Of a stretch of DNA of 64,000 bases, positions 54,510-64,000 are shown in pieces. Positions within the stretch are counted from its first letter, which is position 1. Every line of letters starts with the position of its first letter. The position numbers were made by a program, and so were the translations under genes. The notes under the pieces were generated by a model. The model searched no databases. It had not been told where the DNA came from and was given only the letters and a program-made list of their open reading frames with translations. Origin of the DNA: Octopus vulgaris (lineage: Eukaryota); the NCBI GenBank assembly GCA_951406725.2, contig OX597822.1:86614001-86678000 (forward strand), given 5' to 3'.

Positions 54510-56341
54510 CATATTTGCTGATGAATATATCTCCAATGAAAGAGGAATGCCAATTATTTTTCCGCTTACTCCACATCGTCTCAATCTGCATAATGAAGGT
54601 TTTCAAATAAGAAACTAGAGAGTTATCTACATTATACATGTTTCAGGCATTCTGAATTATAATGCAGTCAGTCTATATCCATATACATATGAGTGTATAC
54701 ACACAGACATATATCATCATCATTGTTTAATGTCCATCTTTTATGCTAGCATGGCTGAGATGATACCACAAGAACTGGCCAGGCCAAAGCCTGCATCAGG
54801 CTTCTGTGACTGTTTTCACAGGATTTTTACAGCTGGATTCCCTTCCTGATACCAACCACTCAGCAGAGTGGACTTAGTGCATTTTACGTGGGACAAGCAC
54901 AGGTGAGATGAGTAGTGCTTTTTACATGGCACAGGCAAGCTCAGTTTTGGCAAGGTTTTTACAGCTGGATGCCATATATCTTATAGCAGAATCACTACAA
55001 GAACTAGAGAAGAAGTTTCAGGTGTGGCTTAGAATCAAAGGGCCTTAGAGTTAACATAGCGAAAACCAAAGTTTTAGTAAATGGGAAGGCAGATAAATTA
55101 CAAATTCCTTCAGGTGGATGGCCCTGCTTGATCTGTAGGAAAAGGCGTAGGCAGAAACCCCATAGATGTACCTGGTGAAAGCTATGGACACATAAAAGGT
55201 GCAGCAATATCAGAGGAAGGTTAACAGGGAAATTAGATTTTGTGTGTGGAAGGTGCACAAGTACAATAAACACCAAAAATCTATAGAAAATAGATTCCAA
55301 CAAATGCCGAAGGGGCAAAACTAGAAGTAGTTGATAACTTCAGTTACTTAGGTGACCAAGTCAATAGCAGAAATGGATGCTCTGAGAGTGTAGATGCTAG
55401 AATAAGAATAGGCTGAGCAAAGTTCAGAGATCTCCTACCTCTGCTGGTAACAAAGGGTCTCTCGCTCAGAGTGAACAGCCATGCTACATGGTAGTGAAAC
55501 ATGGACCATGACTGCTGAGGACATGTGTAAGCTTGTGAAAAATGAAGCTAGTATGCTCCGCTGGATAGGTAATGTCAGTGTGCATACACGACAGTGTAAA
55601 TGCCCTGAGAGAAATGTTGGACAAGAAAAGCATCAGATTTGATGTACAAGACAGACGCCTGCACTGGTATGGTCATGTGTTGCATGTTGATGAGGATAGC
55701 CGTGTGAAAAAGTGTCGCACTCTAATGGTGGAGGGAACTTGTGGAAGAGGTAGACCTAGGAAGACGTGGGATCAGGTGGTGAAGCACGATCTTCAAATGT
55801 TGGGCCTCACAGAAGCAATGACAAGCAACTGAGACCTTTAGAGATAGGCTGTGCTTGAGAAGACCCACCGAGCCAAGTGAGATTGTAGCTGTGGCCAATG
55901 CCAGTGTCACATAACTGGCCCATTTAATGTACCCTTCAATCATTGGGTGATATGCTGTACTTGTGAAGACCTGTCAAACTGAGTAAAATTGTAGTTGTGG
56001 CCGATGCCAGTGCCATCTGACTGGTACCTATGCCAATGGCATGTAAAAGGCACAGTTCATGCATTGGGTCTCATGGAGGCAGTGATGTCAAGCCAAGTGC
56101 AGACCCCCACCTCTGGCTTACCAGTTTTCAATCACAGTGTCCAACCCATGCCAGCATGGAAAGCAGACGTTAAACAATGATGATGCACACACAAACACTT
56201 ATATATACACATACATGTGTGTGTACATACATGTGTGTGTACATACATGTGTGTATATATATATATATGTATGAACTATCCAATCCATGCCAAAGCAGAC
56301 AGTAGTCTTCTGACTTGCCAACTCCTGTCAAATCATCCAAC

Positions 56342-56380
<39 letters not shown>

Positions 56381-59300
56381 CATGTGTGTGTGTGTGTGTG
56401 TGTGCGCACGCATGCGTGTTATTTCTAAGCAAGAATGTTGCTGACACTGACGAAGTTTTGGCCAGGCATGCCAACAGTACTTTAGGTAACTGAAACTTCA
56501 AAGTCACTGTCAACAATCTTTTTGTTTAAGCATAAATTTGTTACCAACCCGGCTGAAACTGGCCCTGGGTCTGAGTACAAATGTCTTGTTTTCATAAGTT
56601 TTGAATCAAAATCTTCCACCAAACCTTAGTCACAATTTATGTTCCTAACATTAGCTGAATGATAACTAAATTATTTTACTAAATTCTTTGTTATATTTAA
56701 AGTAATTGAAAGAAACACAGAGCATCTCAAAATAAATACAGTAACGAAAGGGTCAAGCATAAATTTGTACTCAATGAAAGTATAGAGTAACCCATCAGAT
56801 TTATGTAAAATTGTTTTTATTATAACTGAACATAAAAGCAAGCATTTATTTATATATATATATATATGTGTGTGTATGTATAAAAAATAGATGAGTGTAT
56901 TTTTTCCTTGTCTGTGTATCATCATATGTGGTTGTTTCTGACAAGAAATTTCGCTTTCATGTAAAACAACTATATTTGTAGCCATTATCCATAATCTACT
57001 CCCAAAACACTTCAGTAGCTCTACTTTGCATCGTTTGCAAAACTTATATGTTCTATGATCATTAAGGTGCAATGACCTCCACAATAACCAGCCTTCAATT
57101 TCATTTTCTATTCCTAGGTTAATCGGAAACAGCATAGATTGCCATGTTACTTCTAAACCTTCTAGGTAGTTCAATTTACATATATATATACACTAGCAAA
57201 CACAATTGTCCATTGGACAGTTTATGTTGCTTTGGTGGTATATTTTTCACCAAATAATTGAACTACCTAGAAGGTTTACAAGTAACATGGCAATCTATGT
57301 TGTTTTCGATTAACCTAGGAATAGAAAATGAAATTGAAGGCTGGTTTACTGTGAAGCTCATTGCACTTTAATGATCATAGAACATATAAGTTTGCAAGCG
57401 ATGCAAAGTAGAGCTACTGAAGTGTTTTGGGAGTAGATTACGGATAATGGCTACAAAATATAGTTGTTTTACATGAAAGCGAAATTTCTTGTCAGAAACA
57501 ACCACATAAATGGTGTAAGGAAATTGAAGGAGGACATTGAAACTTCCCCTCTGCAAGTTTATTTTATTCAACAGCAAAGGGAGCAATTTTTTCAGAGAGA
57601 TAAGCTAACAAAAGCCCCTTTATTTGTCCATAAAGTTAAATTGGTATGGAGCTTTCTGAAAGATATGTATAGCTTTCACTAGTGGAGGCAAAATTCTTAT
57701 TTAAAGGTTGATTCTTTGGGACGAATATGTGATTGTTTAAAAAGGGCTAGAACGACAATGCTAAAATGTATTTGAAACAATGAACAACAGTCGAAATATC
57801 ATAATGGATGGGTAAATGAGCATCCTTAAAGTGAAACAATGATATCAAAGGTAAACAAAGGTATTAACAAATATAAGAGAGGGAAGGGAACATCACCTTT
57901 CAAGTAACTCAGAATAGGTAAAGGTAAAGCAGAGTCCTGCAGGGTACAATGCTGGGTCCACTTCTTTTTATTGTCTAAATCAATGACTTTGCAGATTCCA
58001 TTAAACATAACACAATCAAAATATTTGCTCCAGAAAGTAATTAAGGGAGCATATGACTGAACAATACTTCAGATGGACCTATGCACAGTAATCCAATGGG
58101 CACAAAAGAAAATAATATGCAGTTGAATGAATAAAAATTTGAGCTCATCCACTCTGGAGAAGAGGGCACACTCAAACAACCATATACATTACCGTCAGGA
58201 GACCTACTTGAACAGTCAGATAATATCAGAAACTTAGGTGTAACTGTTGACAGTAACCATAGCTGGAGAGTGCACATCAACAAAAAAGATGATGTTGCCC
58301 ACAGAATGTGCTCATGGATCCTCAGAACTTTTCAATCTAGGGATCATGAAACCATCATCCTTCTCTTTTCCATATTCACTAGGCCCCACCTTGAATACTG
58401 TTGCCCATTGTGGTCCCCCTAAAAAAAAAGACATAATGAGGATCGAAGCACCACAAAGATCAATCACTAATAAATAAATGGCATGATGGGACTTGATTAT
58501 TGGGCTTGACTTAAACAGCTGAAACTATTCTCTGCAATACTGTCATAAGCAATACATTATTTCCACCAATATTATCCAAACAATATTGGTATTATGTTTA
58601 CAATTCACCTAAGACTAGGCAATGCGTCCCCTACAAAGGTTGATATCACATCACATAAGAACATTGTGACATGATTTCTTCATTGCAAATGGTCCTGCTA
58701 TTTTCCATGTTATCCCAAAAGAAATTTAAGCAGGAAAAGACCCCACAACTTTCCAACAGTACCTGGACAAATTCCTCCAGGAAATACCAGATAAACCACC
58801 TACACCTGGGCACGTCTCAGCCAACAACAACAACAACTCTCTGCTTGAGTGGTCCATGGTGTCCCGAAATAATTAACTAAAAGACTTTTCCAGGTGATGC
58901 TCTTGAGTTAGTCATGGCCTGGGGCAATAATGGCCAAAACCAATTTAAGTTATCTAAGTTTTTTATATATATATATATATATATGGTTAGTGATCATGTA
59001 TAAGGGTGTGTGCAATTGTGTGTACTTGTAGAAATGGGGATTAGCTTTGCTTAGAGATAGGTCTTAATAAAAACAGCTTTTTCCAATAGTTCTTACATGG
59101 CTTTCTAAATATTTTTAATATTATAAGGAGTATTTAGATTGGTTTCTATTTAATTCAATTATGTTTATCAAAAACTTGAAAATATGAAGGCTTGCTGGAA
59201 AACTATTTTTAGACATAGGTCAGCCTTTATCAAGTAGGCTTTCAGTGATGAATAGTGCACCAGCTATCACCCCTTTAATCTTTATTGAGACAGAGGCATG

Positions 59301-62300
59301 CTATTTAGTTAAGTTTTCTCCCACAAGTGGGCCCTCTTCGCAACCCTCACACAAACCAGATCACTGACGACCCCAAGGAATGCGCAGAACTCATTGCCAA
59401 GTGCTATGCAAACATATTCACTGTTGAAAGTCAAAATGTACCATCTTCACCATCACTAACAGCAAATTCCATAACAACTATGGAATTTACACCTGCAATG
59501 CTGCGACGTCACCTTCAAAATAAGCGCAACTATGCCTCCCCTGGTCTCGATGGAGTTACATACCTGCTTCTCAAATGTGGCAGGTACTTCCTTTTACACC
59601 AGCTTTCTATTTTCTTCCAGTACTATCTCAACAATGGTGCTACTCCGGAGCAGTGGAAAACTGCCAGTGTCATTCCTCTGTTCAAAGAGAGCGACCGCAC
59701 ATCACCTGTCAACTATCGCCCAGTCAGTCTCACTAGCTGTATTGCAAAACTGATGGAATCATGTGTCAGGGAAACACTCTGGAACTTCTGGAGCTCTCAC
59801 AGTCTCATCCGACCCTCACAATATGGATTTGTCCCTAACTCCAGCTGCAGTGATCAGCTTGTCGAGTTCCTTGAGGACATTACTCAGATCACTGTCAGTG
59901 GCTCATGAGTGGATGTTGTCTACCTTGACTTTGCTAAGGCTTTCAACTCTGTGCCACACAAAAGGCTTATGGTGAAACTCTCTGCAATGGGTGTGAGGGA
60001 TGACCTTTTTAACTGGTTGAAATCCTTCATTCTCAGCCGAAAGGAGGTAGTCACAGTTCTAGGACAGCATTCTACACCATATGAGATGTCATTGGGTGTA
60101 CCACAGGGATCTGTCCTTGGTCCCCTCTTGTTTGTGGCATACATTAATGACATAGATGCCAGTTTAAAGAATGCCACAGTATTGAAATAATCAGACGACA
60201 TCAAGCTGTACCTTGAAATCAAGAGGACAGATCCTGATGTCTACAACTCTTTCCTGCAATCAGACCTAGACACAATGCAGCAATGGATCACAGACTGGCA
60301 ACTGAAACTGGCTGTGGACAAGTGTACCACCATGCATTTTGGGAGAAAAAACCCTGCATCCACATACTCCCTCCACAACACTGATATCAAGAAATCCTCT
60401 TGCGAGCGTGACCTAGGCATCACTGTCAGCAGTGATTTGCGTTGGACAAAGCATATCTCTAAAATTGTCAAGAAGGCCGAGGGTGTCTTGGTATCACTCA
60501 GCAAGACTTTTGTTAGCCGCTCTCCAGCCATCTATTTAAAACTGTATACAGCTATGGTACGACCACACTTGGAATTCGCATCATCAGTTTGGAATCCCTA
60601 TCTTGCTCAGAACATTGACCTCCTGGAATCTGTCCAGAGACGTGCAACCAAACGCATACCCTCCATCAGACACCTACCATATTCTGAGCGCCTTGTTTCC
60701 CTGGGCATGAATTCACTGAAGCTCCGGCGTCTGGCGATGGACTTGGTAAACACCCACAAAGTTATCAACCACCTCACCAACAACAACACTGAACACCTTT
60801 TTGATCTCCATGTGTCTAACACACATGGACATGCCTACAAAGTCAGAAAACAACACAGCTCCCATGACTTTCGGAAACATTTTTTCACGCTCAGAGTTGC
60901 TGAAGCATGGAATAAACTGCCTGCGTCAGTTGTTGACTGCCATGACACTGCATCTTTTAAGGTCCTCATGCTTTCCGAAATCCGCCGAAACTACACCTGA
61001 TTATATATACACTTTAGATGAGTTGTAGTGCACCTGAGCACTGTACACAATTATTATTATTATTATTATTATTAACTATGTGGTTTCAGGTTGAATCTCA
61101 CTGTTCTGCACCTTGGGCCTATGTCTTCTACCATAGCCTCATAAGTAAAATTTGGTGAACATCATCATCATCACCATTGATTAATGTCCGTTTTCCATAC
61201 TGGCATGGGTTGACTGAGGTCTGGAGAGCCAAACCCACCACAGAAACAGTTTGTGTTGTTAGGTAGTACCAGCACCTTGCCTATCAAGGCTTTTATTGAA
61301 GTTGACTATGATGAAGTCATTTGGACCTTGTTGCCTGTCTGAGAATCACTTCTTCCTACCACTCACAGAGCTCTGGGAAAATGTCATAGGAGAAGCCCTT
61401 CCTCCTAACTAAGCCATTAAAAGTAAAAGAATTAGGGTGTAATCTGAGGATGATGTGGCATTTCTAACAGGTCATGTGATCATATAATTTCATTTATTAG
61501 TTTGTGAAAAGCCTCAAAGATAAAAACTTGTCATTGGCCTCCCACATGAAGGGACACAGTATTAAGAAAAATGGCAATGAGGAACTGTAGATATATTCCA
61601 CCCCTACCAACATGGAAAGTAGATGTTGGACAGTCAGGGGCCACACCAGGTTTCTACAGCTGGATGACCTTCCTAGTGCCAACCACTTTACCAAGTGTAC
61701 TGAGTGCCTTCTACATGGCACTGGCAATCAGTGCCTTTTGTGTGGCACCAGCAAACAGTGCTTTTTACATGGCACCAGCACCAGTGTCTTTTACATGGTT
61801 CCAGCACCATATATATGGGGGGGTGGGGGGTGTATCATTTCAGGTTATATCACTTAAGGCAAGTCTCTTCTAATATAGCCTTTGACCAATCAATGCCCTT
61901 TGAATGGAATTGGCAGACAGAAACTGAATGAAAAGCCCATCATCATTTTAATGTCATTTTAAGTGAATTACCAGTCAATGATTTTAAATCTTAATTCTCA
62001 ACTCCAATAATCTTTTTGGTTTTAATCATGTTGATTGTTTACTTCCCTAAATGTTCCAATTTTGTGATTTTATTATTTTTAAAACTTCCATGGCACTAGA
62101 GCTCTAATATTCCTTTTAATCAAACAGGTCTTTGAATCTTCCTCTGCTAATCCGTCAGGTAAATAGTGTCTACCTTCAACTGAGTAAACTAAAGCAAAGG
62201 AAATATTGTCAATAATGTCTATTGATACAAAATTCAAAATGGAGATGTACCTACCTCAATTTCTTGGTTAATCTTTTCTGACAGCCATGCTTTAGCCCCA

Positions 62301-62377
62301 TTTAAATCAACACCAGCTTTAATCAAACCAAGCTTCCCTCGTCTCTTAATCAGTTGGTCAGGTTTAACGACTAGTTT
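1..62377 (-). CDS. ACLY: ATP-citrate lyase (ATP-citrate synthase), multi-exon gene, partial at both ends (23 exons in window)
   Basis: Spliced translation gives hallmark ACLY motifs: [55 protein letters not shown] (phospho-His), [12 protein letters not shown]. All joins are GT-AG and phase-compatible. Confidence 0.98.
953..1107 (-). CDS. ACLY: ACLY exon (155 nt) [20 protein letters not shown]...LSLLWFQR
   Basis: tcacag|...|gtaact, phase 0-2. Confidence 0.97.
1897..2006. repeat. Tandem duplication, 2 x 53 bp
   Basis: aaactgcatagt(c/t)caatacttatagttaccattaagttatactcaaaggcaaa repeated with one mismatch. Confidence 0.9.
2530..2700 (-). mobile_element. tRNA-derived SINE fragment (same family as 30695-30921; other decayed copies near 320-520, 16130-16300, 62470-62600)
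   Basis: shared core aaaggatgaaaggcaaagtcaacctyggcggaatttgaactcagaa. Confidence 0.75.
2759..2852 (-). CDS. ACLY: ACLY exon (94 nt) KVYENLV...[12 protein letters not shown]
   Basis: ttcaag|...|gtatgt, phase 2-0. Confidence 0.96.
2975..3102 (-). CDS. ACLY: ACLY exon (128 nt) [12 protein letters not shown]...[12 protein letters not shown], contains the catalytic phospho-His
   Basis: ttatag|...|gtaagt, phase 0-2, GHAG motif. Confidence 0.97.
4050..5408 (+). mobile_element. RTE-type LINE 3' fragment (decayed ORF2 C-terminus, repetitive 3' UTR, (GAT)n tail)
   Basis: translates to [14 protein letters not shown]...KGRLYDACV...HGSET and [16 protein letters not shown]; ends gttaaacgatgatgatga. Confidence 0.85.
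5457..5567 (-). CDS. ACLY: ACLY exon (111 nt) VGGVEEY...[18 protein letters not shown]
   Basis: cctcag|...|gtattt, phase 0-0. Confidence 0.97.
7161..7242 (-). CDS. ACLY: ACLY exon (82 nt) YPGTTFPDY...KMIVLLGE
   Basis: gtttag|...|gtaatc, phase 2-0. Confidence 0.96.
7901..8005 (-). CDS. ACLY: ACLY exon (105 nt) [15 protein letters not shown]...[11 protein letters not shown]
   Basis: tttcag|...|gtgaga, phase 2-2. Confidence 0.97.
8370..8461 (-). CDS. ACLY: ACLY exon (92 nt) [30 protein letters not shown]
   Basis: aaacag|...|gtaaga, phase 0-2. Confidence 0.97.
8625..8927 (-). mobile_element. tRNA-derived SINE (CORE-like family)
   Basis: minus strand reads gtgtggtaagaagcttgc...ggggttcagtcc...caccttggacaagtgtctt (A/B-box-like head, CORE-like segment); related pieces near 10580, 32820, 45180. 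Confidence 0.65.
11051..11155 (-). CDS. ACLY: ACLY exon (105 nt) [13 protein letters not shown]...IIGPAT
   Basis: ttatag|...|gtacgg, phase 0-0. Confidence 0.96.
13798..13913 (-). CDS. ACLY: ACLY exon (116 nt) YKNMADV...[21 protein letters not shown]
   Basis: ttttag|...|gttaaa, phase 1-0. Confidence 0.96.
14100..14800 (-). mobile_element. Penelope-like retroelement RT/thumb fragment
   Basis: ORFs [10 protein letters not shown]... and [16 protein letters not shown]...[10 protein letters not shown]. Confidence 0.75.
15446..15655 (-). mobile_element. 3' end of CR1/L2-type LINE, related to 59325-61075
   Basis: reverse complement agttgtggtgcacctgagcactgtatacaat plus (TTA)n matches the 3' end at 61021-61075. 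Confidence 0.75.
15672..15724 (-). CDS. ACLY: ACLY exon (53 nt) [17 protein letters not shown]
   Basis: ttctag|...|gtaagt, phase 2-1. Confidence 0.96.
16368..16606 (-). CDS. ACLY: ACLY exon (239 nt) [11 protein letters not shown]...[25 protein letters not shown]...MYPF, linker plus start of CoA-binding domain
   Basis: ctctttag|...|gtaatt, phase 0-2. Confidence 0.94.
20202..20228 (-). CDS. Candidate 27-nt microexon STFCQAQLG
   Basis: ttttttttgtttctattaacag|AGTACATTTTGTCAAGCTCAGCTTGGT|gtaagt, phase 0-0, no stop; TGCATG downstream. Confidence 0.5.
20343..22652 (+). mobile_element. Penelope-like retroelement, decayed, with about 175-bp inverted terminal repeats
   Basis: [40 protein letters not shown] and [12 protein letters not shown] motifs; 20343-20520 is the reverse complement of about 22484-22652. 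Confidence 0.88.
24594..25128 (-). mobile_element. RTE LINE pieces: RT fragment (24775-25128) joined to 3' tail (24594-24766)
   Basis: [41 protein letters not shown] on minus strand; tail matches the other RTE 3' ends (here read on the plus strand). Confidence 0.85.
29518..29526 (-). CDS. Candidate 9-nt microexon AAT ATG CAG (NMQ)
   Basis: long T-rich tract ...tttttgtttttcctttcag|AATATGCAG|gtaatc, phase 0-0 matching both flanking exons. Confidence 0.55.
30200..30630. repeat. Degenerate (AGAC/AGAT)n low-complexity tract
   Basis: purine-rich tetranucleotide-like repeats. Confidence 0.7.
30695..30921 (-). mobile_element. Near full-length tRNA-derived SINE (Meta-domain-like core)
   Basis: minus strand: gagcTGGCAGAAACGttagc (A box), GAGTTCAAATTCC (B box), ctttcatcctttcgggg...taagtaccag core. 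Confidence 0.8.
32245..32295 (-). CDS. Candidate alternative exon [16 protein letters not shown] after a 57-nt intron
   Basis: Intron 32296-32352 has GTGAGT donor, TACTAAC branch point, pyrimidine tract and TAG acceptor; in-frame TGA at 32245-32247. Confidence 0.6.
   Translation of the reverse strand, partial: FHQRRTDSIHEPMSET
32353..32498 (-). CDS. ACLY: ACLY exon (146 nt) [20 protein letters not shown]...[10 protein letters not shown], end of the N-terminal (ACL-A-like) half
   Basis: ttcaag|...|gtgagt, phase 1-0. Confidence 0.96.
33002..33119 (-). CDS. ACLY: ACLY exon (118 nt) GIVRALREY...[18 protein letters not shown]
   Basis: ttgtag|...|gtaagt, phase 0-1. Confidence 0.97.
34084..34145 (-). 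CDS. ACLY: ACLY exon (62 nt) [20 protein letters not shown], citrate-binding loop
   Basis: ttgcag|...|gtttgt, phase 1-0. Confidence 0.96.
35120..35320. mobile_element. Non-autonomous hAT (Charlie-like) MITE, 201 bp
   Basis: 15-bp TIRs CAGTG(C/G)TTTTCAACC; perfect 8-bp TSD TATTAGAT at 35112-35119 and 35321-35328. Confidence 0.92.
35612..35748 (-). CDS. ACLY: ACLY exon (137 nt) [22 protein letters not shown]...MTETKHKE
   Basis: tttcag|...|gtaagt, phase 2-1. Confidence 0.97.
36832..36950 (-). CDS. ACLY: ACLY exon (119 nt) [17 protein letters not shown]...[13 protein letters not shown]
   Basis: ctttag|...|gtaagc, phase 0-2. Confidence 0.97.
37908..38041 (-). CDS. ACLY: ACLY exon (134 nt) [17 protein letters not shown]...[12 protein letters not shown]
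   Basis: gtttag|...|gtaagt, phase 1-0. Confidence 0.97.
39003..39082 (-). CDS. ACLY: ACLY exon (80 nt) [26 protein letters not shown]
   Basis: tttcag|...|gtaagt, phase 2-1. Confidence 0.96.
39415..40650 (+). mobile_element. Rearranged mariner (Tc1/mariner) derivative with HTH region of transposase
   Basis: TIR-like atgaggtttgatcaataagtttctggact; QVYKWFKxFQDG...HSGRPxTS...TIREL...AKFVPKLL; internal tandem copy and inverted 5' copy (EQRICIQFC). Confidence 0.9.
40854..40942 (-). CDS. ACLY: ACLY exon (89 nt) [29 protein letters not shown]
   Basis: aattag|...|gtaagt, phase 0-2; variable sequence but position and phase fit. Confidence 0.9.
41100..42400 (-). mobile_element. Highly decayed non-LTR retrotransposon remnant
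   Basis: purine-rich minus strand with a VDIEKDF (DxEKAF-like) RT motif near 41180; boundaries approximate. Confidence 0.4.
44095..44193 (-). CDS. ACLY: ACLY exon (99 nt) [12 protein letters not shown]...[15 protein letters not shown]
   Basis: ttaaag|...|gtaaat, phase 0-0. Confidence 0.96.
45573..45635 (-). CDS. ACLY: ACLY exon (63 nt) [21 protein letters not shown]
   Basis: ttcag|...|gtacat, phase 0-0, IEPF motif. Confidence 0.95.
48735..49108. mobile_element. piggyBac-like MITE (TTAA flanks) interrupted by an RTE 3' tail (about 48900-49083) ending in (GAT)n
   Basis: TTAAccatttagcatt ... aatgctaagtgTTAA imperfect TIRs; near-duplicate gccagttt/gctagttt around the insert. Confidence 0.7.
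51900..52420 (+). mobile_element. Helitron Rep-helicase (PIF1-like) C-terminal fragment
   Basis: LCNGT...[26 protein letters not shown]...[13 protein letters not shown]...CFSHG then in-frame stop. Confidence 0.88.
52545..52795 (+). mobile_element. RTE-derived 3' tail / SINE-like copy
   Basis: ggcgttaggaagggcatccagctgtagaaac...catgctagcatggaaaacggatgttaaacaatgatgatga. Confidence 0.85.
54975..56184 (+). mobile_element. RTE-type LINE 3' fragment
   Basis: [43 protein letters not shown]; homologous to 4050-5408. Confidence 0.85.
56925..57508. repeat. Long inverted repeat: about 250-bp arms (56925-57176 and 57257-57508), about 80-nt spacer
   Basis: arms are reverse complements with scattered mismatches. 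Confidence 0.93.
57850..58960 (+). mobile_element. Decayed CR1/L2-type LINE RT 3' fragment
   Basis: [33 protein letters not shown] motifs broken by frameshifts. Confidence 0.8.
59325..61075 (+). mobile_element. 5'-truncated CR1/L2-type LINE, RT in one frame with two nonsense codons, (TTA)n tail
   Basis: [66 protein letters not shown]. Confidence 0.93.
62255..62377 (-). CDS. ACLY: ACLY exon (123 nt) [18 protein letters not shown]...INQEIE, ATP-grasp domain
   Basis: tttcag|...|gtaggt, phase 0-0. Confidence 0.96.
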
Positions 62378-62635
62378 CTGAAATGATAAACAGAAATAAT
62401 AAAATTAGTGAAATAAATCAAATTTTAACACCATGACATGGTGAACATTTTGCGGTCAAATAGGTCAATTATAGTTGATTAATTCAATCCCAGAACATGA
62501 CTGGTATCTATTTTATCAATCTCTGAACAAATAAATGGAAAAGTTAATCCTTACAGAATTTCAACTCAAAATAAAGTAATTAAATACTACAGAAGGTTCT
62601 AGTTCTATCAGCCACCTCCTTTCATAATCAATATA

Positions 62636-62870
62636 TCATCATCATCATCGTTTAATGTCTGTTTTCCATGCTGGCATGGGTTGGATAGTTTGACTGAGGG
62701 CTGGCAAGCCAGAAGGCTGCACCAGGATCCAATCTGATCTGGCAAAGTTTCTACAGCTGGATACCCTTCCTAATGCCAACCACTCTGAGAGTATAGTGGG
62801 TGCTTTTTACATGTCAGCAGTACGGGACCAGTCAGCTAGCACTGGCATCAACCATGCTCAGTGCCAGTGC
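62636..62870 (-). mobile_element. RTE-derived 3' tail copy
   Basis: reverse complement of the 52545-52795 sequence. Confidence 0.85.
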
Positions 62871-63274
62871 CAAGTAATAAAAAAATATTTGTGGTGATTT
62901 CTACTATTTTTTAACAATTTTGCTTATATGCTGGCATTTAATAATGCCATTCCGTTTCAGTTCTGATTAGTTTTCTTGCTCAGTTTTTAATTATTCCACA
63001 GCTACAATTAGATCTTTGTCCGTACAGTCAAGATTTGTTCAAGTTTTCTACGGGATGTAGTCTTGCGTAATAAATTCAAAAATCAAATTCATTTTTGACA
63101 AATTTTGAAATTTTAGTCAATCAGAAGCCCCTATTATCAACATACCAGAAATTGCACTTGCCCGTTTCTATAGCCAGGTATTAGAACCAGTGCAAAGAGT
63201 AGGGTTAAGGTTAGGGGTTAGGGTTGAGGCAAAGGTATGAAAATTGTAATCTGTTGTAGAAACTTATTGAGTAC

Positions 63275-64000
63275 AGAGCAGAATAAGACATGCGTAGGCT
63301 CGAAGGAAATGAAGCTAGCATGATCTGCTGGATCGTGCACACACGACAGAGTGTAAACGCCCTGAGAGAAATGTTAGACATAAAAAGCATCAGACGTGGC
63401 ATGCAAGAGAGACGTTTGTGTTGGTATGGTCATGTACTGCAAATGGATGAGGAGAGCTGTGTGAAGAAGTGCCACTCCCAAACAATGGAAGGATTCTAGG
63501 GTAGAGAGAGACTCATGAAGACTTGGGACGAGGTGGTGAAGCATGACCTTCGAACACTGGGCCTCACAGAGGCAATGACAAAAAAGCAAGACCTCTGGAG
63601 GCATGCTGTGACTAAGAAACGGCAAATAAAGTGAGTCTACAGCTGTAACCTACACCAATGTCGCATAACCAGCCCACTTAAAAGTATCTTGAATCGTAGG
63701 GCAACATGCCATATATCAACATCAGCAATATCAAAATCAAATTAAATGGAAATTGTAATTGTGAGCCCCATGCCGGTAGCATGTAAAAAGTACCATCCGA
63801 ACATGGCTGATGCCAGTGCTGCTTTGATTGGCTTCCGTGCCGGTGACACTTAAAAAGCACCATCCGCTCATGGTCAATGCCAGATCTTCTGGCCCCTGTG
63901 CCGGTGGCACGTAAAAAGCACCCACTACGCTCTTGGAATCGTTGGCATTAGGAAGGGCATCCAGTTGTAGAAACACTGCCAGATCAGATTGGGGCCTGGT
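63275..64000 (+). mobile_element. RTE-type LINE 3' fragment, runs off window
   Basis: MRRLEGNEASMICW...ERRLCWYGHVLQMDEE; homologous to 4050-5408. Confidence 0.85.

Noticed and set aside
63198-63230. Telomere-like TTAGGG repeats (also near 13617)
   Set aside because: Only 2-4 degenerate units, probably part of a repeat element.
538-63976. Most ORFs in the supplied track as independent genes
   Set aside because: Short, low-complexity, or lying in repeats or antisense to TE fragments; the meaningful ones are ACLY exons running into introns or TE remnants.

Overview
AT-rich metazoan genomic DNA; the SINE/RTE repeat families look like Octopus (coleoid cephalopod), which is an inference. The whole window lies inside one minus-strand gene, ATP-citrate lyase (ACLY). 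I traced 23 coding exons by hand with GT-AG boundaries and consistent phases, 861 codons in total; the first coding exon and the 3' end lie outside the window. Introns carry RTE, CR1/L2 and Penelope retroelement fragments, mariner, Helitron, hAT and piggyBac-like pieces, tRNA-derived SINEs and microsatellites. The most striking structure is the 15.7-kb intron (16607-32352), which falls in the linker where the two ancestral ACL subunits are fused. It holds a textbook 57-nt mini-intron leading into a stop-containing exon (N-half-only product), a 9-nt in-frame ATG-bearing microexon, a 27-nt in-frame microexon with a downstream RBFOX motif, and an AG|GTAAGT recursive-type site. Together these suggest a splicing switch between fused and split or truncated ACL. 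All of these are sequence-level predictions that need RNA evidence.
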